Both the position numbers and the translations under genes were made by a program. A model generated the notes under the pieces. It made no database searches. It worked only from the letters and a program-made list of their open reading frames with translations, and was not told the origin of the DNA. A stretch of 64,000 nt of DNA, taken from the NCBI GenBank assembly GCA_965208105.1, contig OZ242318.1:2848001-2912000 (forward strand), in the 5' to 3' direction. Numbering within the stretch: position 1 is the first letter of the stretch; each line of letters opens with the position of its first letter. Origin of the DNA: Candidatus Latescibacterota bacterium (GTDB lineage: Bacteria > Latescibacterota > UBA2968 > UBA8231). Of the stretch, positions 9,475 through 18,568 are shown in pieces.

Positions 9475-10635
9475 TCAGGGAGCGATCTTGCGATAGTATT
9501 TCAACGTGTGGTTCGGCAGGATATGCGGATGAAAAATGTGGATCAGATCGGCCAGAATGAGATGCGGCTCCACAACGCCGGATTCCCAGTAATCATTGGC
9601 TCCCGAAGCGTTGACCCTGGCATTGAAATTGTATATTTGACCGTTTTGGAACGCTTTGAAGGCGCTGTAGCGCGCATCTTCCAGCAGCATATCGGATCGG
9701 GCATGCCATTTGTTGCGCCCGGTGATCCAGAAGTCCGCGGTGGCCGCCTTTTCATAAACCGCCTCAAAATCCAGGGGCAAACTGCCCTGAGTTTCATCTT
9801 GTGCCCACACATATCTTGCGCCTGCAGTTTTGAGCAACTGCGCGACATAGCTTTTCCCTCCGGCGACATACCACGTGCCGCGAACCAGCGCCCCGCCAAA
9901 AACCAGGGGTTTTGCCGTCTCCGCCAACCCGTTCATCAAATCGGCATAACGCGCATACTGCGCGGCAATATCATCGAACATCTGTTCGGCCAGCGCCTCC
10001 TGACTGAAAAACGCCGCCGTGAATTTCAGCCATTCGGTTCTGCCCAGAAGGGTGGGTTCGACATATTCGGCATTGATCATCACGGGCACGCCGGCCTCTT
10101 GCAGGGCCGGATGGGAAATGTACCGACCATTGGCAGGGGCCACGGCCATTACCAGATCCGGGTTGAGTTGCAGCACCCTTTCCAGATCGATCTGACTGCC
10201 TCTGCCAATGCCGGGCAAATGGCCGGCCTCCACTTTCCGGCGCAGGTCGGAATCGTAAATGCCGTCTGGATTGCCGACCGCAACAAGAGACTCGTATTGA
10301 CCGAGCAATTTAAGATGCGGCAAATGCGTGGTTGACAGCACGGCGATCGTCTGGATAGGCACGCGAATGATGCGTTCTTTTTTATACGCCTTTGGGACCG
10401 GCGTGCCTTTGGGTATCAGCACATAGCGAAAGGATTCGGAAGCGTCCGGCCAGGGTTGGGTCACATCGACAATCTTGACATCCCCCTCATAGGTGATCGC
10501 AAAGCATTGGGCATAGCGCACGTGCGCTTTGTCCTGAACGGGATTGGGCCGCGTGGTTGAAAATTCATCGGCCTTGAGGTCCGCCCCCCAAAAGCCCATC
10601 GCACAAAACCAAACTGAAAGCATGCGCAGGTTCAT
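9475..10635 (-). CDS. Class III periplasmic binding protein (BtuF/FepB-like)
   Basis: Signal peptide, DLERVLQLNPDL, LGRTEWLKF, NDYWESG...ILADL. Confidence 0.88.
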   Translation of the reverse strand: MNLRMLSVWFCAMGFWGADLKADEFSTTRPNPVQDKAHVRYAQCFAITYEGDVKIVDVTQPWPDASESFRYVLIPKGTPVPKAYKKERIIRVPIQTIAVLSTTHLPHLKLLGQYESLVAVGNPDGIYDSDLRRKVEAGHLPGIGRGSQIDLERVLQLNPDLVMAVAPANGRYISHPALQEAGVPVMINAEYVEPTLLGRTEWLKFTAAFFSQEALAEQMFDDIAAQYARYADLMNGLAETAKPLVFGGALVRGTWYVAGGKSYVAQLLKTAGARYVWAQDETQGSLPLDFEAVYEKAATADFWITGRNKWHARSDMLLEDARYSAFKAFQNGQIYNFNARVNASGANDYWESGVVEPHLILADLIHIFHPHILPNHTLKYYRKIAP

Positions 10636-10663
10636 CGTTTTCTCTTTCAATGGCAAAACGGGA

Positions 10664-11479
10664 TCACAACGGAATTTGTTGATAGGTTGGAGAAACAGGA
10701 CGCTGGGCGATGAGGTCCCAATCGAAAATCAGAACAGTTGACCGGGGCGATGTAAATGAGAGCAGGCGCTCGCTTTTTTTGATGACGGCGCTTTCGGCAT
10801 CGGTGAAATCGAGATGGACATCTTTGCCGGTTCGGTTGCACACCACAAGCGGCAGTCCCGTATCGCACGCACGCTGCTCCCATTCGCCGTTCGGGCCATA
10901 CAAACCCGGCGCCCACGCAGCCGGGGAAACGAGCAGTTGCGCACCCTGCGTTTTGAGCCTGTTTGCCCAGGTATCCGGATAGGCATCAGCGCAGATCAGC
11001 ACACCGGCTTTCAAAGGTGCAGTGGGAATGGGCACCGCGTTCACTCCTGGTGTCGCCCATGATTCGGAACCGGGGATCACGCTGATTTTTCGGTGTTTTC
11101 CAATACAGATGCCGCGATGGTCGAACACAGAAACCGCATTGTAACACCGCCCGTCCTGTGGATCGCGTTCGGGATGTGACAAAAAGACGACCAGATCGAA
11201 TTGGGCGCTGATGCGTTGAATTTTTTGCATCCAGGCATCCGGTTGCGGCGCAATCCAGTCCGTTCCAATGCGTTCCGCAAAGGCATAACCACAGGTGCAA
11301 AGCTCCGGTGTGAGCACCCAGTTGGCCTTGAAATGCGCCGCAACGGCCAGCCCCGTTTCCACCAGGCGTTGATTGTGCGCCAGATCACCGGGAATGGGTG
11401 CCACATGCAAACAGGCTATGCGCAATATTTCGGGCGGTCCTTTAATCAGCGCGCCAGGATTCTTTCTGCATTGCGGCAA
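10664..11479 (-). CDS. Carbon-nitrogen hydrolase (nitrilase superfamily)
   Basis: Intact E-K-C triad: TPEL, HRK, LICAD; overlaps the ATPase end. Confidence 0.88.
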   Translation of the reverse strand: MPQCRKNPGALIKGPPEILRIACLHVAPIPGDLAHNQRLVETGLAVAAHFKANWVLTPELCTCGYAFAERIGTDWIAPQPDAWMQKIQRISAQFDLVVFLSHPERDPQDGRCYNAVSVFDHRGICIGKHRKISVIPGSESWATPGVNAVPIPTAPLKAGVLICADAYPDTWANRLKTQGAQLLVSPAAWAPGLYGPNGEWEQRACDTGLPLVVCNRTGKDVHLDFTDAESAVIKKSERLLSFTSPRSTVLIFDWDLIAQRPVSPTYQQIPL

Positions 11480-12464
11480 TCAGATCATAAACGGAATGGT
11501 GCTCCCGAACGGAACCGTTGCGCCTGGTACACCAGGTTATGCGCTGGTCCTGGGAAAAAATCTCGATATGCAAATCCGCATGCGCACTGTTCACCTGAAA
11601 ACCAGCCCGTTCCAGTGCGCGCGCCGTCCAGAAAGCCGGTCGTCCATGCCCTGAAAGCCCAACCGCTTGGCCGATATGGGCATGGTTTTTAAATGCGCCG
11701 GTATCGGCGTCAAAACGCACGCCATCGCTGTCGAAAGCCGCTTCAAAAGCGCCATTCAGAATCAAATCTTCCGGCGCCCCAACATGGATCGGGCCACCCG
11801 CAGGCATGAGCCAGATGCAGTCGGCGCATCGCAGGGCGAGGTCGAGATCGTGGGTTGACAACAGGATGGCTTTCTGCGTGGTGTGCGCCAGATTTTTGAG
11901 CAAAGCCATGATTTCGACGCGGCGGGGCAGATCCAGAAAGGCCGTAGGCTCATCCAGCACCATCAATTCGGGTTCCTGGGCCAGCGCCCGCGCGATCATG
12001 GCTTTCTGGCGCTCGCCATCGCTGAGCTCGGCCACATTGCGGTGCGACAGGTGCTGTGCCCGTGCAGCCTGGATTGCCCAGGAAACCGCCTGCTCGTCCG
12101 GTTTGGAAAGCCGGCCTGTCCAATCCGTATGGGGATACCTCCCCAGCGCCACCAGGTCTCGCACCGCCAAAATGCCCACGCTGACGCGGTCTGTGAGCAC
12201 CACGCTGAGTTTGCGGGACAGGTCTCTGGCCGGCAAACGGGCCACATCCTGGCCGGACAGATAAACACATCCCTTTAATGGAGGCTGCATGCCGACCAAC
12301 GTGCGCATCAGCGTGGATTTGCCCGCGCCGTTGGGGCCGAGCAAACAGACGAATTCGCCGCGATGGAGTGAGACGGATACTGTGCCGGCCACAATGTGCG
12401 GAGCCTGCCGGGCTGGCGCGTAACCGATGGTGAGGTTTTCTGCTGTCAAGACGGGTTCCGTCAC
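11442..12464 (-). CDS. Iron-chelate/corrinoid ABC ATPase (FepC/BtuD-like) with C-terminal extension
   Basis: GPNGAGKST, LSDGERQK, LDEPT, STHD; likely GTG start. Confidence 0.92.
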   Translation of the reverse strand: MTEPVLTAENLTIGYAPARQAPHIVAGTVSVSLHRGEFVCLLGPNGAGKSTLMRTLVGMQPPLKGCVYLSGQDVARLPARDLSRKLSVVLTDRVSVGILAVRDLVALGRYPHTDWTGRLSKPDEQAVSWAIQAARAQHLSHRNVAELSDGERQKAMIARALAQEPELMVLDEPTAFLDLPRRVEIMALLKNLAHTTQKAILLSTHDLDLALRCADCIWLMPAGGPIHVGAPEDLILNGAFEAAFDSDGVRFDADTGAFKNHAHIGQAVGLSGHGRPAFWTARALERAGFQVNSAHADLHIEIFSQDQRITWCTRRNGSVREHHSVYDLIAAMQKESWRAD

Positions 12465-12589
12465 AAGAGTTCCAGTCTCTTTAGAGACGCTGCACAAACA
12501 GACAGGAGTGCTGCAGGAGGCAGGAGAGCAAAGGAGCGAGGCTTTCTCCCTTGCCTCTTTCTCGGTATTTCCTGCGCTCCTGCAGCAGT

Positions 12590-13159
12590 TTATCCGTGGT
12601 GGAATTTCCGGGCCTGCTGATCGAACGGATCGGGAGCAAGCCCCAGGTGCGTTTTGCGAAGCGCGTTCCACATCCCCAGGCGCGGCCAGTCCGGCGGATC
12701 GAGCTTTTTGAATTCCGGCACGCTCACAAAAAACGGACTGGGGAAAAACACTGTCATTTGCTGTTCGCCTTTGCCGTTGAACATGTGGAAACCCCAGCTC
12801 GAGGGGTGGCCATCGGGATTGAGGAGGCGGTAAAACTCCGCGCGCGATGTCCTACGCCGCCGAGCCAGTTCGGGCGATGCGCCCTTAAATTCGCCGATGC
12901 ACAGGTGAAAATGCCAGGGGCCAAAATCCACGGTAAGGTAGCCGTTGTTCAACGTGATGCGTTTGGGCGCATTGGGGGCGCCCACTTCCCAGGCCGCGCC
13001 CTGAATGAGCGGGCCAAAGTGAATGTCCTGCCAGTAATTTTGAAAAACATCCTCCAGAATGGTTTTGAGATTGTCTGCGGACAGATCGACCGGAAACACC
13101 TCCATCTTACCCCCGCCTTCGGCTTCTATGATTTTCCCTCTTGGAGTTGTAAGGTCCAT
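12590..13159 (-). CDS. Conserved hypothetical protein, possible HutX/ChuX/HemS-like fold
   Basis: RBS and operon position; WHFHLCIG and SWGFHMFNGKGEQQMTVFF resemble the HutX C-terminal strand pattern (fold is inference). Confidence 0.6.
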   Translation of the reverse strand: MDLTTPRGKIIEAEGGGKMEVFPVDLSADNLKTILEDVFQNYWQDIHFGPLIQGAAWEVGAPNAPKRITLNNGYLTVDFGPWHFHLCIGEFKGASPELARRRRTSRAEFYRLLNPDGHPSSWGFHMFNGKGEQQMTVFFPSPFFVSVPEFKKLDPPDWPRLGMWNALRKTHLGLAPDPFDQQARKFHHG

Positions 13160-13180
13160 GACAGCCTCCTTTATAGTGGA

Positions 13181-15559
13181 TTAGAAACGCACCGCATATT
13201 GCATGCGCGCGGAGCGGCCCGGCAGGTTATAGCCGCGCTTTTCGTAATAGTTTTCGTCGGTTAGATTGTTCAAATAAAGCGACACGGTATAGCGTTCGCC
13301 GATTTTGAAAGACGATACCAGATCTGCGACCATAAATGCCGGATATTGTACCTCCGGACGTTTGGCGTCGGTCCAATCCGTATCTTTGCGGTTGCCCACA
13401 TAGCGTCCGGTCAGGCGCGTGTTGAAAAAATGTCCGTCGTCATATTCCGCGCCCCAGGACAGGCTGGTATTTGCCACATTGTGAATGTCCCGGCGCGTTT
13501 CGGCACCCGTGGCCGGGGTTACCGTCACATCTTCGGCATTGAGCGTGTGGGTGGCATTGGCGAAAAAGCGAAAGGTATACGCATAATTGCGACGGGCGCC
13601 CAGGTCATAAGAGGCTTTCCACTCGATGCCATGCATGTTGGATCGGTTGGCATTGACAAAGGTCGTGCGGGAGGCAATCGTGTCGCCGGATGCCGTAACC
13701 TGTCCAACCGGGTTGGTGGTTTGTCGCGTGATGCGGTCGTTGACGCGGGTGCGGAAAAACGTGATGTCGATATCCAATCCCATATCCGGCCTCGTAAGTC
13801 CTGCACCCAGATCAAACGTGATGCTGTTTTCAGGATCTAGATCGGCATTGCCTTCAGTAATGGCCACGTCCCCGGTGCCGGTGCCGGTTTCGGAAAAACC
13901 GGCCACATTGAAGGCATCAGGGGTAACAAAAGCTCGGCCTATAGTGCTATGCACATGCAAGCCCGATGATTCTGTGCGATATTTGAAACCCGCGCTTGGA
14001 TTGAATGTGGTAAAGGTTTCTTCGCCCGGATTAAAGGATGTGAGCAGGGGCGTTTGCTTGCCGTCGAAGGTAATGCGATCTAGCCGTCCTCCGGCCGTGG
14101 TCGTGAGGTGCTCATTCAGGAAATTGAAACTTCCTTCGATGAAAAGCGCTTGCGTATAGATGCCGTAATTGGGACTAAATGGGGCACGAGGCGTCTCGGC
14201 TGCGCTCCAGCTTTTCCCCTCGGTATTGGACGAGTTCCAATCTGCGCCAAGCGTGAGTAAGTGCGGCCCCAAAGCGAAGGCGTCCTGTATTTGAGCGCCA
14301 AACCAGGTGTTGCGCCGGGTAAAGGATATGAATGGTATGCCGCTTAGATTGTAGGACTCGGAGACTTCTTCTGACCCATATGTCTTGAACTGGAGGGCGT
14401 GGTTGCCCACCAGCCCCGAAAACTGGACGTCGCCTGATATATTCTCGGCATTTTTCCGGCCGGCTCGTTCGGTGCCGTAAAAAATATCTCCGGGGGTTTC
14501 TACATTGCGCGCGATAAAGCGGCTGACCGAACTGTCCAGCCGCCAGATCTCTTCTATCTGATAACCCAGCCGGAGACGACCCTGGTTTTTGCTGAATTTG
14601 GTGTTGGGGCGCACCTCGCCGTCTCCCAGTTCGGTTTTGGTGTCTGTGGTGCCATCGGCATAGGTGACATCGGCCTCGTCGCTGCCGACCATGCCCTGGA
14701 ACACATTGCCTTTTCCAATGCGATAGTCCTTGTTCTGGTCGGAAACGTTGATGCCCAGATCAAAATCGAACCCGTTGCTGATGCGTCCGCCAGCAGACAG
14801 GGATGCGCCGAATGTCTCAAAAGATCCGTACGATGCAGAGAGGTCAATGCGCGGCAAATAAGTGGATTTCCGGCTGATGATATTGACCACGCCTCCCATG
14901 GCCTGAGTGCCGTACAGCGCCGATCCCGGCCCTTTCATCACTTCGATTCGTTCGATATTGTTGAGATCGATGGTCGCTAGATTCGAGGCCCCGGCATGCC
15001 GCCCGTCGATCAATAGCAGGCTGCGCTGATTCAGGCCGGAAAACTGCGGGCGAAACCCGCGAATGCCCACGCCGGACAGTAGGCCGGGATATTGAATAAT
15101 ATCAATGGCCGTTTGTTTTTTGAGCGCATCGGTCAGATCATCGGCCACGGTGCGATCCAGATCCGTTCTCGATATGACATCTATTTTTTGAGGCACCTTT
15201 TCAAGATGCTGCGCACTGCGCCTGGCCGTAACCACCACATCCTCCAGTTGCACTGCAATGGGCGTCATGGCGATAACTCTTTCTTTTTGTAGAAATTCTC
15301 TGGAAACAATGCGCGTGAGATAGCCCGTGTGGGAAATTGCAATGCGTTGATTTGTCTCAACAGCCAAAGAGAAAGCACCCTTAGCATCGGTTGTGGTCCC
15401 CGTGCTGGTCCCCTCAATTCTGACATTGGCTCCCACCAGGATTTGGCGGGTCTGGGAATCGATTACTGTGCCTTGACGCTGGGCAAATGCATTGCCGTGA
15501 ACAAGGCAGAACAAAAGCCCCAAAATTAAAGGGAATGAAAACGGCCTGATGTCTTTCAT
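13181..15559 (-). CDS. TonB-dependent receptor with N-terminal carboxypeptidase-regulatory-like domain
   Basis: GANVRIEGT..GTTTD..G.F, LEDVVVTA, IERIEVMKGPGSALYG..AMGGVVNII, NNLTD.NY, terminal F. Confidence 0.95.
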   Translation of the reverse strand: MKDIRPFSFPLILGLLFCLVHGNAFAQRQGTVIDSQTRQILVGANVRIEGTSTGTTTDAKGAFSLAVETNQRIAISHTGYLTRIVSREFLQKERVIAMTPIAVQLEDVVVTARRSAQHLEKVPQKIDVISRTDLDRTVADDLTDALKKQTAIDIIQYPGLLSGVGIRGFRPQFSGLNQRSLLLIDGRHAGASNLATIDLNNIERIEVMKGPGSALYGTQAMGGVVNIISRKSTYLPRIDLSASYGSFETFGASLSAGGRISNGFDFDLGINVSDQNKDYRIGKGNVFQGMVGSDEADVTYADGTTDTKTELGDGEVRPNTKFSKNQGRLRLGYQIEEIWRLDSSVSRFIARNVETPGDIFYGTERAGRKNAENISGDVQFSGLVGNHALQFKTYGSEEVSESYNLSGIPFISFTRRNTWFGAQIQDAFALGPHLLTLGADWNSSNTEGKSWSAAETPRAPFSPNYGIYTQALFIEGSFNFLNEHLTTTAGGRLDRITFDGKQTPLLTSFNPGEETFTTFNPSAGFKYRTESSGLHVHSTIGRAFVTPDAFNVAGFSETGTGTGDVAITEGNADLDPENSITFDLGAGLTRPDMGLDIDITFFRTRVNDRITRQTTNPVGQVTASGDTIASRTTFVNANRSNMHGIEWKASYDLGARRNYAYTFRFFANATHTLNAEDVTVTPATGAETRRDIHNVANTSLSWGAEYDDGHFFNTRLTGRYVGNRKDTDWTDAKRPEVQYPAFMVADLVSSFKIGERYTVSLYLNNLTDENYYEKRGYNLPGRSARMQYAVRF

Positions 15560-15794
15560 AATGATTCCTCCTGAAATCAATGGGATGACGTGAACGGTAT
15601 GGCCTTGATCGGGCCTGCGGTCACCACTACCTGTCGTTGCCTTCTCTTCCTTCCTTTTTGAACCCAGGATCAGGTTTGCCTGTCATCTGCCGCCATGTTG
15701 CACTCCTTCTTTTTTCTCTTGATTTGCTGTAAGCAAGTGGCAACCCATAGCTGATGTTCATTTCCAGTCCGGCCTGCCGCTCGATCTCGGTTGG

Positions 15795-16265
15795 TCAGAG
15801 CTGGGTGAGACCGGGGGCGTCACCATAGACCTTCCGGGGATCAAATACCTTCTGCGTCTCCGTGAATCCCAGTGGCTGGCCGGCCTGGTCGCCGAAGGGC
15901 ACGGCGCGGTAGAAACAGGAGCGATACCCTACATGGCAACTGGCCCCGCCCTGGACGTCCACGCGCAGCCAGATACAATCCTGGTCGTCATCGATCCGGA
16001 TTTTGCGGACTCGCTGCACCAGGCCGCTCGTTGCGCCCTTGTGCCAGAGGCATTTTCGGCTCCGGCTCCAATAGACGGCCTCGCCCAGAGTGATCGTTTG
16101 AGTGAGCGCCTCGGCGTTCATGTAGGCATGCATGAGCACTTCGCCGGATGTGAAGTCCGTGGTAACTACGGGGATCAGCCCGTGCTCATCGAACTTGGGG
16201 GCCAGATCGACTCTTTCCTCGACCTGCTCGACGCTCTGTCTATCCGAGAAGGGCGAAATGCTCAT
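15795..16265 (-). CDS. hisI: Phosphoribosyl-AMP cyclohydrolase paralog
   Basis: [24 protein letters not shown]; DDDQD in place of DCDxD. Confidence 0.9.
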   Translation of the reverse strand: MSISPFSDRQSVEQVEERVDLAPKFDEHGLIPVVTTDFTSGEVLMHAYMNAEALTQTITLGEAVYWSRSRKCLWHKGATSGLVQRVRKIRIDDDQDCIWLRVDVQGGASCHVGYRSCFYRAVPFGDQAGQPLGFTETQKVFDPRKVYGDAPGLTQL

Positions 16266-16291
16266 TTGTTCTCCTGCCTCTCCAGCCTTGA

Positions 16292-16669
16292 CTAAAGGGT
16301 GATAACCTGATCAGGCAGGTTGCCACTCAAGGCGCCATAGAGCTGAGGGAAGCAGCCTGCGGACACCCCCTCAACGGTTCCCTTCGCCGTGACTTCACCC
16401 TTGCCACACTGTTCAAGCGTGCCTTCGGCCAAGTTGCGGCGCACGGCGCACTGGTCACACATCATCAACAGGATGCCGCGTTTTCGTGCGACCTTCGACA
16501 AACGCTCTCCTACCGGGTCACCCGAGCGCAGGACGAAGGTGTTGTCATCGAAGAAAAACATCCCGACGACCTCGGCGCCGTGATAGCCGCCTTCGAGTTG
16601 GGGCAGGATCATTGTTGCCAGCTGAAAGGTTGAAGCCATGTTGGAGCGGAAGATGTAGGCGACCTTCAT
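16292..16669 (-). CDS. DsrE-related protein (SaoD-like)
   Basis: [42 protein letters not shown]. Confidence 0.75.
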   Translation of the reverse strand: MKVAYIFRSNMASTFQLATMILPQLEGGYHGAEVVGMFFFDDNTFVLRSGDPVGERLSKVARKRGILLMMCDQCAVRRNLAEGTLEQCGKGEVTAKGTVEGVSAGCFPQLYGALSGNLPDQVITL

Positions 16670-16786
16670 GTTCTGTTCTCCTGTTGGTTGTGCGTCTCAG
16701 CATTGCATAGGTGAAAGCTCAGGTTTGTTTGGCAGCGAGACACCACCGCAAATTGACCGTGGATCAAGCGAGGGCAGCAATTCGTG

Positions 16787-16814
16787 AAATGATAATAATA
16801 ACTCATTATCATTT
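16787..16814. promoter_or_regulatory. Fur-family (Zur-like) operator B, double site
   Basis: AAATGATAAT-N8-ATTATCATTT perfect inverted repeat containing TAATAATAA-CTCA-TTATCATTT. Confidence 0.72.
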
Positions 16815-16938
16815 TTGAGCAATCAAATACCGAACTTTTTTTTACAAGTCGATGAGACCGCCGAGCCCCTTATGCCTGCCCGCGACCAACTTGCAACTCG
16901 CCTGCCTCAAGCTGACGCTAACGGCCCCTCATCCTTTT

Positions 16939-18126
16939 CTAAGCACGTGCCCTTGCTGCCTCGACCAACCGGTCGCCGGCTCGTCTCGCTCCGGCAATGT
17001 TTCGGGAAGCGGGCCCCAGTTCGAGCTCTGCGAGAGGGCCCGAGACGTGAATGCGCGGATGCCAGCGAAGCGCGGAGTCCACGATGGGGTAGCCGCAGCG
17101 CGCGCACGGCAATGAGACCGAGGCGATCAACGCATCGACCATCGATCCGCCAGGGCGAGTCGATGCGAACCCAGTCGCGAGCAGAACGCGCTCCGCTTCT
17201 AGCTCTGCCTGGTTAGCGAGCCGCAACAGGAGACCATCACGGCGCGCATCGAACTCTTCAACCTCGCCATCGTGCCAGCGGAGCAGGTCCCTTCCGATGG
17301 CCCGGCGAAGCGCTCGCCGGACGTCGGGGGGCACCGAACCTTTGTGGCGCGCTTCAGCGATCAGGGTCCGACGACGATCGAAGCTCCGTTCGCGGCGGAA
17401 GCCCGTCATGAACTTCGGACCGAGCCAGCCCGGATCGCTGTCGAATTGATGCTGACGCAGGGTGTGGCGCGAGACGAGATGGACGCTATGGCCTTCTTCC
17501 ACAAGGCGGAGCGCTACCTGGCCCGCCGAGATACCGCCGCCGATGACCGCGACGGTCTCGCTTGACGACGGCCAGCCGTCGAACCCCTGCTCGAAAACAT
17601 GGTGTACCCGAGCGTGACTCCGCGGCGCCCAATCCGGCCACTCGGGCTGTTCGCTCCCGCCGATGGCCAACACGAGGTTCTGCGCTGCGATCTCGCGCCC
17701 GCTCGAGAGCTGAACACCGATACCCTCACGGTCGACCGAGCACCTCGTGGCCCGATCCTGGATGTGGAGGTTTGCGAGCCCGAAGGTCTCCACCACCTGG
17801 TCGCAGTGCGCATTGAAGAGTGCCAGGGCGGGCCGGTCGAAGGGGGGTGCGAACAGCCCGGTCTTTCGGCGCTTGCGTTTCTTGCGTTTCCCCGCGAAGC
17901 GCAGAAGCGAGTAGGGGTCGAGGTCAAGGTGATGGACCCCCGGTGAGCGCAGGTGGGTCATCCCGGTCGTGTCGGCGCAGCTGCGCCAGCGCGCCAGCAG
18001 CTGGTTGCTTGGATCCACGATGCGGAGTCGTTCGGGGGCGACACCGGATTCTCCAAGCAGACGCGCGGCTATGTGAACGCCGTGGATCCCGCCCCCGATG
18101 ATCAGCCAATCCAGTGCCCCCGACAT
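16939..18126 (-). CDS. FAD/NAD(P)-binding oxidoreductase
   Basis: IIGGGIHG, second VIGGGISAG, LRSP.VHHLD, LATGF, LAELELGPASRNIAGAR. Confidence 0.85.
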   Translation of the reverse strand: MSGALDWLIIGGGIHGVHIAARLLGESGVAPERLRIVDPSNQLLARWRSCADTTGMTHLRSPGVHHLDLDPYSLLRFAGKRKKRKRRKTGLFAPPFDRPALALFNAHCDQVVETFGLANLHIQDRATRCSVDREGIGVQLSSGREIAAQNLVLAIGGSEQPEWPDWAPRSHARVHHVFEQGFDGWPSSSETVAVIGGGISAGQVALRLVEEGHSVHLVSRHTLRQHQFDSDPGWLGPKFMTGFRRERSFDRRRTLIAEARHKGSVPPDVRRALRRAIGRDLLRWHDGEVEEFDARRDGLLLRLANQAELEAERVLLATGFASTRPGGSMVDALIASVSLPCARCGYPIVDSALRWHPRIHVSGPLAELELGPASRNIAGARRAGDRLVEAARARA

Positions 18127-18131
18127 CTCAG

Positions 18132-18299
18132 TCAGCTTCCGCAGCCACAAGCGCTGCGATGTTGGCCAGCAACCACGCGGACGCAGCAAACAACTGCAAC
18201 CTCGTTGAGCAGGGCGGTCTTTCCGGCTCCCAAGAATCCGGACAATACCGTGACGGGCAGGCGGGGATCGTAGGGGGGGGGTGTTTCTTCGCGCTTCAT
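18132..18299 (-). pseudogene. Truncated COG0523/CobW GTPase (P-loop only)
   Basis: DPRLPVTVLSGFLGAGKTALLN, then unrelated sequence and stop. Confidence 0.8.
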
Positions 18300-18398
18300 C
18301 GGGGTTTCGTCCAGATTTGCAGCAGAAAGCTCCGGTTTGCTTGGCCGCGAGACATCGCCGCGGATTGGCGGTGAATCAAGGGAGGGTAGCAATTCTTG

Positions 18399-18426
18399 AT
18401 TTGATAAAGATATTTCATTATCATTA
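18399..18426. promoter_or_regulatory. Fur-family (Zur-like) operator C, double site
   Basis: ATTTGATAAAGATATTTCATTATCATTA; same architecture as site B; upstream of the COG0523 remnant. Confidence 0.68.
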
Positions 18427-18434
18427 AACAAGCA

Positions 18435-18509
18435 AATCGAATACCGAATATTCGATACCCCCAGCTGATCCATCTCGGTCCCCTGCTCGTCGGGGATATC
18501 CTTCAGCAT
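18435..18509 (-). pseudogene. Possible N-terminal remnant of GTP cyclohydrolase IB (FolE2)
   Basis: MLKDIPDEQGTEMDQLGVSNIRYSI resembles FolE2 N-termini (M.D.Q...I.QVG...RYPI). Confidence 0.4.
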
Positions 18510-18568
18510 GGATCAGGTAATCCGGCAACGACGCATTCCATCCAAACACTCGATGCAGGTCAACCACA

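Noticed and set aside
15560-15794. Cobalamin riboswitch upstream of the TonB/CobN operon
   Set aside because: No B12-box or GGGAA...GCCCCCGC.ACTGT core seen on either strand; an Infernal scan would be decisive
18132-18509. 125-aa ORF as one real gene
   Set aside because: Reads through the operator; chimera of two remnants
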